Below are positions 20,367-28,935 of a stretch of 64,000 nucleotides of DNA, piece after piece. Source of the DNA: Oligoflexia bacterium (GTDB lineage Bacteria > Bdellovibrionota > Bacteriovoracia > Bacteriovoracales > Bacteriovoracaceae); NCBI GenBank assembly GCA_015231955.1, contig JADGAN010000027.1, positions 7,582 to 71,581 on the forward strand, read 5' to 3'. Both the position numbers and the translations under genes were made by a program. Below the pieces are notes generated by a model. The model made no database searches, was not told the origin of the DNA, and was given only the letters and a program-made list of their open reading frames with translations. How positions within the stretch are numbered: position 1 is the first letter of the stretch; each line of letters starts with the position of its first letter.

Positions 20367-20939
20367 ATGAAGAGTAATTTTTTAGCATTAATGCTTATTA
20401 CAAGTGTACTTTCTTTAGCTTCATTTTCTTTTATTGCTAACGCCGAAGATGATAATGCCCATCACATCTTTAATTTAAAAACTAATAATTTAGATGTGTT
20501 CTATCAAAACAAAATACATACAGCTGTAAGCGGACAATTTTCTTATACCTATATGTTTTTACCCAGTTTTGGTTTAAAGACGAATGCAAATTATGGATAT
20601 TATCAACAGCACGAAATGCCTAGTAAAGATACATATTATGGAATGGCCCTTGGACCATCGTTTAATTTTGTTTCTAAAAGATCTGATCTAGACAAAGCAG
20701 TGTTTTTTAATCTCCTTCTAGGAATTGAGAGAGAAACTAAGGAATCATCTTATTGGCATGATAATGATAGTTCAAGTTACGTCTATGGAATCGTTGAACT
20801 AGGAAAGCGTTTCCATTTGCTAAAGAATCTTTCATTCTCACCAGCTATTGAATATTATCATCGACAGGAGACCAGAGAATATCCATGGAAAAGAGATCAT
20901 TTCCAATTGAAGCTATTATCTTTTGATTTGTTAATTTAA
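20367..20939 (+). CDS. small putative outer-membrane beta-barrel protein
   Basis: Signal peptide MKSNFLALMLITSVLSLASFSFIANA and alternating hydrophobic/aromatic strand-like segments. No family recognised. Confidence 0.5.
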   Translation: MKSNFLALMLITSVLSLASFSFIANAEDDNAHHIFNLKTNNLDVFYQNKIHTAVSGQFSYTYMFLPSFGLKTNANYGYYQQHEMPSKDTYYGMALGPSFNFVSKRSDLDKAVFFNLLLGIERETKESSYWHDNDSSSYVYGIVELGKRFHLLKNLSFSPAIEYYHRQETREYPWKRDHFQLKLLSFDLLI

Positions 20940-21119
20940 GGATATCAAATCCGAGATAGAGTGCAGAGCTAATCAATCCTATATTGTTCTGCCTCTTCAA
21001 TTCTCTCTGAGAGCGCCAACGCCTCAGGTGGATCTGCAAGTCTTATGGCCATTCGCAAGAAAAACTTGTAGGGATCGCATCTTGATGGCCTCTTTACTGA
21101 ATTTTCAATAACTGCTTGA

Positions 21120-21833
21120 TTATTCCACCCCCACCGTAAAGTCACTGATTGCACTGAGAGCGGCAAATTCGGCATGAATTTTAGTAGTATCGAAAAGTTT
21201 GGTTTTTGTGTCTTTTTGTTGAACAAGAAGTGTTATTTCTGTACAACCAAGAATGATACCCTCTGCACCTTTTTTTTCTAAGCCATGAATAATTTTTAAA
21301 AATTTATTTTTAGAAGAATTTTTTATTTTACCCAGGCATAGCTCTTCGTAGATGATATCATGTACAACTTGTCTTTCAGTCGATGTGGGTATGATCACTT
21401 GCAATTGATGCTTTTTCTCTAATCGTCCTTTATAGAAATCCTCTTCCATCGTAAATTTGGTGCCTAATAGACCAATTGTTTTTACTCTATTTTTTTTTAT
21501 TTTTTCAGCGGTAGCATCTGCAATGTGGATAAATGGAATGTTCACATTTTTTTCAATATCACCAGCTACTTTATGCATAGTATTTGTACATAAGATAATT
21601 AAATCAGCACCAGCTTTTTCAAGGCCTATCCCGGCCTTGACTAGTATCCGGGATGCTTTTTTCCACTGATTTTTATGCTGTAACTTCTCTATCTCATCAA
21701 AATCTACTGAATACATAATGCTTTTTGCTGAATGCAAACCGCCAAGATTTGACTTAACGAATTCATTAATCAGACGATAGTATTCCAGCGATGATTCCCA
21801 ACTCATTCCTCCAATCAACCCAATTGTTTTCAT
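21120..21833 (-). CDS. aspartate/glutamate racemase family protein (aspartate racemase-like)
   Basis: MKTIGLIGGMSWESSLEYY N-terminus and the second catalytic-Cys region ILGCTEI. Start moved to the second ATG. Confidence 0.85.
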   Translation of the reverse strand: MKTIGLIGGMSWESSLEYYRLINEFVKSNLGGLHSAKSIMYSVDFDEIEKLQHKNQWKKASRILVKAGIGLEKAGADLIILCTNTMHKVAGDIEKNVNIPFIHIADATAEKIKKNRVKTIGLLGTKFTMEEDFYKGRLEKKHQLQVIIPTSTERQVVHDIIYEELCLGKIKNSSKNKFLKIIHGLEKKGAEGIILGCTEITLLVQQKDTKTKLFDTTKIHAEFAALSAISDFTVGVE

Positions 21834-22086
21834 GATTCTTTTCTCATTTGTCATAATGATTTATTGATTAACTTCATAGTTTTCCAATGTGTTTACTGGT
21901 CACAAATCGGAATTGAATAATAAAACATTAGTTATTCTACTGTTCTTACCTTAAGTAGTAACTGCCATACTCAATAATAATACCGTTGAAAATGTCTCTC
22001 TTGTGGATTTTCAAGAAGTTTCTTAACAAAGATGGCGATATCCGAAATTCCACCAATGATATTTAGTTTCAATGTTAAAATAATGT

Positions 22087-22113
22087 TAAGAAATTTACGT
22101 CCACTGCCGAAAA
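22087..22113 (+). promoter_or_regulatory. sigma-28/FliA-like promoter TAAG-N15-GCCGAAAA
   Basis: TAAG at 22087-22090, exact 15-nt spacer, GCCGAAAA at 22106-22113, about 95 nt upstream of the CheA-like gene. Confidence 0.5.
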
Positions 22114-22208
22114 TGTAATCAGGGAAGTACAATCTGTTTCATAGCAGTTGCTTTTTAGAAGCAAAGGTACAGCTCTATCTGAGAATGTGCACACAGAAGG
22201 AGGTAAAA

Positions 22209-24197
22209 ATGTTTAAAATTAATTCTGTTTACATAGAAAACAATAAAAATAGTATTGAAAAACTTCCTCCGACAAGATTTTTAAATTTTCTCTCGCAAAA
22301 TTTTGCCCAATTTACTCAGATTAAAGAGGTCAATGATTTAGAAAAACTGGAAAAAGCTAGAAATCGTCTGCTCTTAATCGAAAGCAGTATTTGTAGTAAT
22401 CAAAGCGCTTTAGAAATGATTGAAAATTTAGCTCTAAAAAATGCAGATTCTATTTATATTGTGCTCATCACAAATCGATACCAAAATTCAAGCAATGACA
22501 ACAATGAAAATAATGAAAATTTAAATAGCGAGCGAATTGTTGGCATGATTGACCATAATTGGAGTGACGAATATTTATTAAAATCACTTCAGCATATCAT
22601 TTCCATTATCAAAATTCTCAACAGCTACCAGAAATTAAAAGAGAAAGAGAAGAGTTATTTGGCAGAATCCGAAAAATTAGTCGAAGTTAATGTCAATAAT
22701 GCTATGCTAATCGCAGAAATAGAGCAAAAGAATAAACTCATTGCTTTGGCCAAAAGAGACATTCAAAATCTCCAAGATAATTTAGACGAAGGCTTCATGC
22801 TCATTGATAACAAAGGAACAATTCTTCCACAGTGGTCTAAGGCAATCATCAAACTTTTTAATTGTGATACTCCTGAGGGAAAAAATATCTTTGATCTGTT
22901 GGAATATGATGAAATAAAAAAACAGACGCAACTTACCTGGCTGGAATCTCTCTTTAGTGAAGAGATCTCCTTTTCTGATCTTAAAGAGCTAGGGCCAAAA
23001 AATTACTTCAATACAATAAAAAATATTTATATCGAACTTGATTACAGAGTTATTCGTAATGAACACAATAAAATCGAAAAACTGATTGTCATTGCAGTTG
23101 ACCATACCATGGAAATTGAATTACAAGAGCAAATCAAACGAGATGCTGAGTGGACAAGGGCCATATTAGGTGCGATGAGCGATCGCGATGGATTTAAAGA
23201 TTTTTTAGAGCAAACCACGGAGCAAATTAGTGAGATCGAAAAAATGTTATCACCTGGCCATTTTGATAAAGATCACTGCTTTCGCTTGGCGCATTCTATA
23301 AAAGGCAACGCAGGCCTAATGCATCTTCTAGCTCTCTTCAATAGCGCAAAAGAGTTGGAAAATCAATTACATCTTATCGACAACACCACTCATACTAATG
23401 ACGGCGAAGAAAAAAACTCTGGACTCAAAGCTCTTACCGAACCATTAGAAAAACTTAAAATGACCTACCAAGAGACGCTGGATAACATGAATGCTATCAA
23501 TAGTGAAATCATCCATGGAAAGAAGTCTAAAAACTTTGATGGCGATCAATTGGAAAGTTGGTACACTTTACTTACCAACAACTTAGGAAAAGATCACATA
23601 CTGGCGCAAGACTTCAAAAACTACTTTATCCTTGATGATTTTCATTCGATGTTTCCAAAGTATAGTAATTTAATTGAAGGTCTAAGCGAAAAATTTTTTA
23701 AAAACATTAGCTATCTCTTAGAAAACTTTACTATTCCGATTGTCTCTGATGCCTATAAACCCTTCGTGAACAGTTTGGTGCATATCTTTCGTAATAGTAT
23801 CGATCATGGAATTGAAACACCAGAAGAGAGACTCGCTTTAAACAAGCCCGAAGTAGGACAAATCAAAGTTTCCGCAAAACAAGCAAGTAATCAACTGATT
23901 CTAGCAATAGAAGATGATGGGAAAGGTATTAATCCAGAACTGCTCAGAAAAAAACTCCTTGAGAAAAATATTTTACAACAAGAAAAGCTATCTACTTTAA
24001 GTGATCCCGAGATCATTCAATATATCTTTCACCCCGGTTTTTCTACTAAAGAGGTTGTTAGCGACATCTCCGGCAGGGGAGTAGGATTGGATGCGGTTAG
24101 ATATGAGTGCGAAAAATTAAAAGGCAGCATCACCGTTGAGTCAATAACAGGGAAGGGAACAAAATTTATTTTTGTTCTACCTTTATTACAAAATTAA
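22209..24197 (+). CDS. CheA-family histidine kinase lacking a recognisable CheW-like P5 domain (pseudo-receiver/PAS-HPt-HATPase)
   Basis: HPt motif RLAHSIKGNAG. CheA-type N-box HIFRNSIDHGIE, G1 DDGKGI, F-box IFHPGFSTK, G2 GRGVGLDAV. The protein ends right after the ATPase domain. RBS AAGGAGG lies before the ATG at 22209. Confidence 0.8.
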   Translation: MFKINSVYIENNKNSIEKLPPTRFLNFLSQNFAQFTQIKEVNDLEKLEKARNRLLLIESSICSNQSALEMIENLALKNADSIYIVLITNRYQNSSNDNNENNENLNSERIVGMIDHNWSDEYLLKSLQHIISIIKILNSYQKLKEKEKSYLAESEKLVEVNVNNAMLIAEIEQKNKLIALAKRDIQNLQDNLDEGFMLIDNKGTILPQWSKAIIKLFNCDTPEGKNIFDLLEYDEIKKQTQLTWLESLFSEEISFSDLKELGPKNYFNTIKNIYIELDYRVIRNEHNKIEKLIVIAVDHTMEIELQEQIKRDAEWTRAILGAMSDRDGFKDFLEQTTEQISEIEKMLSPGHFDKDHCFRLAHSIKGNAGLMHLLALFNSAKELENQLHLIDNTTHTNDGEEKNSGLKALTEPLEKLKMTYQETLDNMNAINSEIIHGKKSKNFDGDQLESWYTLLTNNLGKDHILAQDFKNYFILDDFHSMFPKYSNLIEGLSEKFFKNISYLLENFTIPIVSDAYKPFVNSLVHIFRNSIDHGIETPEERLALNKPEVGQIKVSAKQASNQLILAIEDDGKGINPELLRKKLLEKNILQQEKLSTLSDPEIIQYIFHPGFSTKEVVSDISGRGVGLDAVRYECEKLKGSITVESITGKGTKFIFVLPLLQN

Positions 24198-24233
24198 AAA
24201 CTAAATGAAAGTTTTTAATTAAAAGGAGGGAAA

Positions 24234-24632
24234 ATGGATATTATAGCTTGGAGTAATACCTATTCTGTAGAACATGAAACAATCGACAAGCAGCATCAGC
24301 GCCTGATCGAGATGGTAAATGCTCTTTTTGTTGCCAATAACCCTGAATCAGTATCAAAAATCTTGAACGGTCTTGTCGAGTATACTGTCTACCACTTTGA
24401 TACTGAAGATAAATTCATGCAAGAACATAAGTATCCTCAGAAAGATTATGATAGTCACAAGAAAGATCATATAGACTTTATTGCAGAAGCACAAAAAGCA
24501 GTCGCATCCTTTAAGGCCGATGATCAGATCATGAAAGAAAATTTACTCGTTTATTTAACCAAATGGTTAAAAAATCACATTCTAACTCAGGATAAAAAAC
24601 TGGGTGAGTTTTTATCCAATGACGATATTTGA
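24234..24632 (+). CDS. hemerythrin-like metal-binding protein (bacteriohemerythrin)
   Basis: WSNTYSVEHETIDKQHQRLIEMVN and C-terminal WLKNHILTQDKKLGEF with His/Asp ligand spacing typical of bacteriohemerythrins. Confidence 0.85.
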   Translation: MDIIAWSNTYSVEHETIDKQHQRLIEMVNALFVANNPESVSKILNGLVEYTVYHFDTEDKFMQEHKYPQKDYDSHKKDHIDFIAEAQKAVASFKADDQIMKENLLVYLTKWLKNHILTQDKKLGEFLSNDDI

Positions 24633-24646
24633 ACGTTAATCGCCCT

Positions 24647-25972
24647 TTAGTAGTAGACGGCAAGATCAAGACCTAGCGTGAACCAGGAGAGGTAGAGTCT
24701 TCGGTCTTTGCCACTCTCCTGGGAGAACATCTCTGGGCGTGAGACTTCTGCAAAGTGATAGGCAAACCTGGCCCCTATATGCGAGCGTGTGGAAAGGCGC
24801 TTATGAACACCATAATCTGCACGAAAACCAAAGCCGTCATACTCGGCATCGCGAACGCTATCGAGAAGTCGGTTATAGGAGAGATAGACTGCTACATTTT
24901 GAAAGAGGTTTTGGATTTGAAGAATGTTGACCTCCTCTGGAAAACGAAAGCGATACCCGGGCCCGAGTGATGCTGAAAAGAGCAGCTGGGCACTATCAGG
25001 GGAGCGGGAGGAGTTGACTTCGGCGTAATTATTGTCACTTCTGCGTCCCGGGATGGTGGAGAGAGCACTAAAATGCGCGGTAACGATGGAAAAAGCGGTT
25101 TCTAGCCAACAAAAATCGAGGTTTCTTCCGTAAAGAAAATCGCCCGCTAGCAAACTTGGCCCCTTAATCACACTAGCGTTAGTTTGAAAGAAGAGGTTCC
25201 AATGGTTTTTATCTTCTCCAATCGAATAAACTTTTTCTAATAGACCTGTCTCCAAATTCTTTTCGCTAATAAAAAGGTTATCCTCCTGATCAAAACTTTT
25301 CATCTTGCTGAGTTTTTTTTCTTGATCCTCTATTGTCAGCTGTGCTCCTTGATACTCACTTTCAAAAATTTGCCCCTCTTCACTTGTACGCTTAGATTGT
25401 GATTTGCCAACACGCTTACTTTTGCTCTCTTGCTCTTTTCGTTTCTTTTGTCGCTCTAAAAAGATCTTCTCTTTGCCACTTTTAGTGGTTGCCGGATCTT
25501 TATCTTGATCCAACCCCTCTTTAATACCTTCGTTAATCGCCTCTTCTCCCTCTTCAGGCACTCCATGCTCATCATTACTATCTTGGCCATCTTGGCCAAC
25601 AGACTCCATTTCGTCAGCACCATTGACCTCTTCAGTTTTTTCCTCTTTTGCAGAGGTCTTGGCCTCTATTTCTGCCTCGGGAGTAGGAGTTACTTCAGGA
25701 GTTGCTTCTGCGTTTGCATTGGGCGTTGGAGTAACTGTTGCCCCTGGTGTAGCGGCGTCTCCACCAAAACTCTCCTCGCTACTAATCTTCTTGTTAGCAG
25801 CTCCTTCCCCCTCCTCTATCTCTGGCATGGCCGGTGGTGCTTCGGAGGGGGCCGCTTCCTCAACAGCAACACCTTCATCTTGAGTCCATCCTCCACTACT
25901 GATAGTGATAAAAAACAGGGCCAAAGCTACACACAATATGCAAGGAATTTTTTTCAAAACATTTACTCCCAT
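24647..25972 (-). CDS. secreted protein with a long acidic low-complexity region and a C-terminal beta-barrel-like domain
   Basis: Signal peptide; about 200 aa rich in E/D/P/T; C-terminal alternating strands ending in LDLAVYY (aromatic terminus typical of OMPs). Confidence 0.6.
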   Translation of the reverse strand: MGVNVLKKIPCILCVALALFFITISSGGWTQDEGVAVEEAAPSEAPPAMPEIEEGEGAANKKISSEESFGGDAATPGATVTPTPNANAEATPEVTPTPEAEIEAKTSAKEEKTEEVNGADEMESVGQDGQDSNDEHGVPEEGEEAINEGIKEGLDQDKDPATTKSGKEKIFLERQKKRKEQESKSKRVGKSQSKRTSEEGQIFESEYQGAQLTIEDQEKKLSKMKSFDQEDNLFISEKNLETGLLEKVYSIGEDKNHWNLFFQTNASVIKGPSLLAGDFLYGRNLDFCWLETAFSIVTAHFSALSTIPGRRSDNNYAEVNSSRSPDSAQLLFSASLGPGYRFRFPEEVNILQIQNLFQNVAVYLSYNRLLDSVRDAEYDGFGFRADYGVHKRLSTRSHIGARFAYHFAEVSRPEMFSQESGKDRRLYLSWFTLGLDLAVYY

Positions 25973-27570
25973 TTTGTGACCAAGGTTTCAAAATTCTCTC
26001 CTGGAAAATCTTCGAGACCGATGATTTTAGCCAACTCCAATTTTGCAAGCAAATGATTATAGCGTACGCGCTCTAAGAGGATCTCTTGATCTCTAATATT
26101 AGTAAGTGCATCTTTTATCTCTAAGAAGGAGGCACGACTACCTAGGTAGTTGTCCAAGGTTTGTTCATACTGTTTACGTGCAGAGGTTGCCAAAGGCCCC
26201 ATGATTTTCACCTGCTCCTCCAACTCTATAATCTCTTGAAACTCGCGACGAATACCATTTTCTGCCCAATTCTTTGCACTATCATATTCAATGTTAGCAA
26301 TGATTTTTTTATAGTAAGCGGCCATACGCTCTCGATTATTAAAAGCGCCCTTCTCTCCAAAAATATTCCAAACCAGATCGATGGACGCACGGATCTCTAC
26401 ATTTTTCCCTCCAGGCGCTCCTGTAAATGAGTGATCCTCTTCAATATTGACAGTAGTAAGCCCTGTTTGTGAGGAGTTTTTATCGAAGGTATGCAGGTAA
26501 CTGCCAAGATTTAGTGAAAAGCGTGGCAGTGGAAGATTTTCTTTGAGTGCCAGCTCATAACTACGCTGGGCCTGCACGACCGCTGCACTCTTATCTTTTA
26601 CTAAAAAGTTGTGACTACTATAAAGGCGTAATGACTCCTCTAGGGAGATCTTTAGTTCTTTGAATTGCAAAAGATCGATAGGGCGATACATAGTTTCGGG
26701 AGCATCCCCCGTCACCAAAGAGAGTTCTTTCTCTTTGGCCTTGCGTTCGATGCGTGCTTGATTGTACTCTTGTTGTGACTTTAGATATTGATTTCTTGCT
26801 TGATAAAATTGCTGCCCGCTTGCCCGTCCTAGCGCTGCTTTTTCTCGGTTACTACGATAAAGAAAGGTGGAACGACGGACATACTCCTTGGTGATCTCCT
26901 CTTCGCGTTTGACCTTAACATAATCAAAGTAGAGGCGAATTAAGCGATAACGAAGATTAATTCTCTCTTCAAAGAGTGATCGATCCTCGCGTGTAATTTG
27001 ATCCCGACGATTCTCATAATTTAAGTGATCTTTGCCCCAATTAAAGAGATTGAACTCCTTAATCTCCATTCCTAAATATCCACTGGGAAATTCATTACCG
27101 TAGTGGGAGCGATCATGGTCACGAGTAATAAAACGACCAATACGCTGATTTTCAGTATGCATGACTGCGTTTACTTGAGGATACCAAAACTTTGCAAAAT
27201 TTTTATCACCTTCTATTTCCAAAAGATATTTATCATACTGGCGCACTTTTTCTTCAGGGTTTTCTCGCAATCCCTGCTCTAAAAAGGTTCTTAACGATAA
27301 AACGCGCGCCCGCGTTTCTTGTAACTGCTCTTCATCTTTTATTTTAAAGGAGTCCTTATTAAAAAGAATATCCTCTTCGCTGATTTTGCTATCTAACTCT
27401 GCTTCTACCTCTGCTTTTACATGAACCGTAATTAGTACAGTTGCCACAGCAATAGCAGACAAAAAAAGTTTTATTTTTCCGATTGGCAAGATACCCTCTC
27501 CTCTCATTAAACTACGATACTTAATAGAGTAACAGGGCAAGGGCATGCTGGTCAAATTAAAGAGAATCAA
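25963..27570 (-). CDS. TolC-like outer-membrane factor family protein (start uncertain; alternative ATG at 27507)
   Basis: Size and two-fold helical-repeat pattern with LP-x-L/V segments (ENLPLPRFSLNLGSY; FWYPQVNAV). 10-nt overlap with the downstream gene. Confidence 0.5.
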   Translation of the reverse strand: MILFNLTSMPLPCYSIKYRSLMRGEGILPIGKIKLFLSAIAVATVLITVHVKAEVEAELDSKISEEDILFNKDSFKIKDEEQLQETRARVLSLRTFLEQGLRENPEEKVRQYDKYLLEIEGDKNFAKFWYPQVNAVMHTENQRIGRFITRDHDRSHYGNEFPSGYLGMEIKEFNLFNWGKDHLNYENRRDQITREDRSLFEERINLRYRLIRLYFDYVKVKREEEITKEYVRRSTFLYRSNREKAALGRASGQQFYQARNQYLKSQQEYNQARIERKAKEKELSLVTGDAPETMYRPIDLLQFKELKISLEESLRLYSSHNFLVKDKSAAVVQAQRSYELALKENLPLPRFSLNLGSYLHTFDKNSSQTGLTTVNIEEDHSFTGAPGGKNVEIRASIDLVWNIFGEKGAFNNRERMAAYYKKIIANIEYDSAKNWAENGIRREFQEIIELEEQVKIMGPLATSARKQYEQTLDNYLGSRASFLEIKDALTNIRDQEILLERVRYNHLLAKLELAKIIGLEDFPGENFETLVTKWE

Positions 27571-27589
27571 GCATTACAAAGGGATGAGG

Positions 27590-28114
27590 TTAGATTTTAA
27601 CCCCAGGACAGCCTTTACGAACAATATTTTCTTCCATGGAGACAATTTGCAAATTAATCAAATGTAATTCCTGATTAATTTCGGTCATAATGTAATCCAG
27701 TTTTTTCACTAGATAAATCTTCTTAGGGGGCACATTTTTTTGTAACCTTTGCACTCGTTTCTTTAGTGCATTTGCCTTTTGTTTGAGTTGCAAACGATAG
27801 TCGCGATCTTTTACCAGTGCTTGGCAACGATTATTGATGGTCTTACTGGTGATCACCTCTTGGTTTTCAAGCTGCTCCAGTTTTTCTAAAAAAGATTGAT
27901 CTTCCTCACTCTCCTTGGCCACCCCTTGCTTCATCAAAAGCATCAGTGAAAAAATGACCAATACCATTATCTGAGCATAAAAGTTAAGATTTTTCGCTGC
28001 CACTACACTCTCCTTCGGCATCTGCGACGCGTACTCTCGATTTTTGCATCGCTCTACCCCGCTTTTCATCATATCATGATTTTCCAACACGTTTAGGTTG
28101 TGATAATTTTCCAT
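27590..28114 (-). CDS. hypothetical single-pass membrane coiled-coil protein (start uncertain, possibly 28021)
   Basis: TM segment IMVLVIFSLMLLM followed by heptad-rich sequence. First gene of a minus-strand three-gene unit. Confidence 0.4.
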   Translation of the reverse strand: MENYHNLNVLENHDMMKSGVERCKNREYASQMPKESVVAAKNLNFYAQIMVLVIFSLMLLMKQGVAKESEEDQSFLEKLEQLENQEVITSKTINNRCQALVKDRDYRLQLKQKANALKKRVQRLQKNVPPKKIYLVKKLDYIMTEINQELHLINLQIVSMEENIVRKGCPGVKI

Positions 28115-28149
28115 CTTTAATTAATCGCTTCTCTTACGGGTGCTTTGCC

Positions 28150-28935
28150 ATGGCCATGGATGTGTTGATTCTTATTCCTGCACGCTTCTCCTCCTCTCGC
28201 TTTCCTGGAAAGCCACTGGCGACTATCGCAGGCAAGAGCATGATTGAACGAGTCTACAGCAACGCCAGCAGCGCCTTTGAAACCGCAGTAGTTACCGATC
28301 ATGACGAGATTGCCAAACACGTTTTAGCTTTTGGAGGAAAGGTGGTTCGCATTGATGACGAGGTCGAGAGTGGCAGCGACCGCATCTACCTTGCCTATAA
28401 GCGCTTCTATAGTAAGAGTAAGCAAAAAGTCTCTCTGATTATCAACGTTCAAGGTGATGAGCCTTTGCTTACTGGCAGTGAGCTCAAACGTTTAGCAGAG
28501 TTTCACCTCTCCTCCTCCTCAGTGTCCTTTGATATCACCACCATCGTCAAAGCACGCAGTGGCCACGATTCTTACGAAGATTTTCAAAATCCCAACATTG
28601 TAAAAGCAGTGCTCTCTCCGGAGAGCTCTCGTTGCCACTATTTTTCGCGTTCTCCGCTTCCGTATCAAGCGCAAGCGGAAAATGAGGAATTCTCCTGGTA
28701 TCAGCACATCGGAGTCTATTCCTACAGACCGCAGGCACTTCAACAATTTTTACAGGCAAAACCCTCTCGCAATCAACAAAAAGAAAAGTTAGAGCAGTTA
28801 AAAGCTCTCGATATTGGTCTCACTTTTGGGGCAATTACAACAACACTTGATCTACAAAGCGTAGATAGGCCTTCCGACATCGCAAAAGTTGAGGCCATCT
28901 TGGCGTGCAAATCAAAGGAACAGGAACGATTATGA
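28150..28935 (+). CDS. kdsB: 3-deoxy-manno-octulosonate cytidylyltransferase (CMP-Kdo synthetase)
   Basis: ILIPARFSSSRFPGKPL N-terminal motif and NVQGDEPL motif. Confidence 0.9.
   Translation: MAMDVLILIPARFSSSRFPGKPLATIAGKSMIERVYSNASSAFETAVVTDHDEIAKHVLAFGGKVVRIDDEVESGSDRIYLAYKRFYSKSKQKVSLIINVQGDEPLLTGSELKRLAEFHLSSSSVSFDITTIVKARSGHDSYEDFQNPNIVKAVLSPESSRCHYFSRSPLPYQAQAENEEFSWYQHIGVYSYRPQALQQFLQAKPSRNQQKEKLEQLKALDIGLTFGAITTTLDLQSVDRPSDIAKVEAILACKSKEQERL

Noticed and set aside
21958-21966. GTAACTGCC resembling the MITE/IS66 terminal repeat.
   Set aside because: Only the first 8 nt match. There is no continuation of the IR and no partner end or TSD.
25505-26056. 183-aa and 86-aa plus-strand ORFs antisense to the acidic secreted-protein gene. 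Similar antisense ORFs lie at 47663-48342 and 6843-7133.
   Set aside because: These are composition-driven open frames opposite low-complexity coding sequence. They have no RBS and repetitive, implausible translations.
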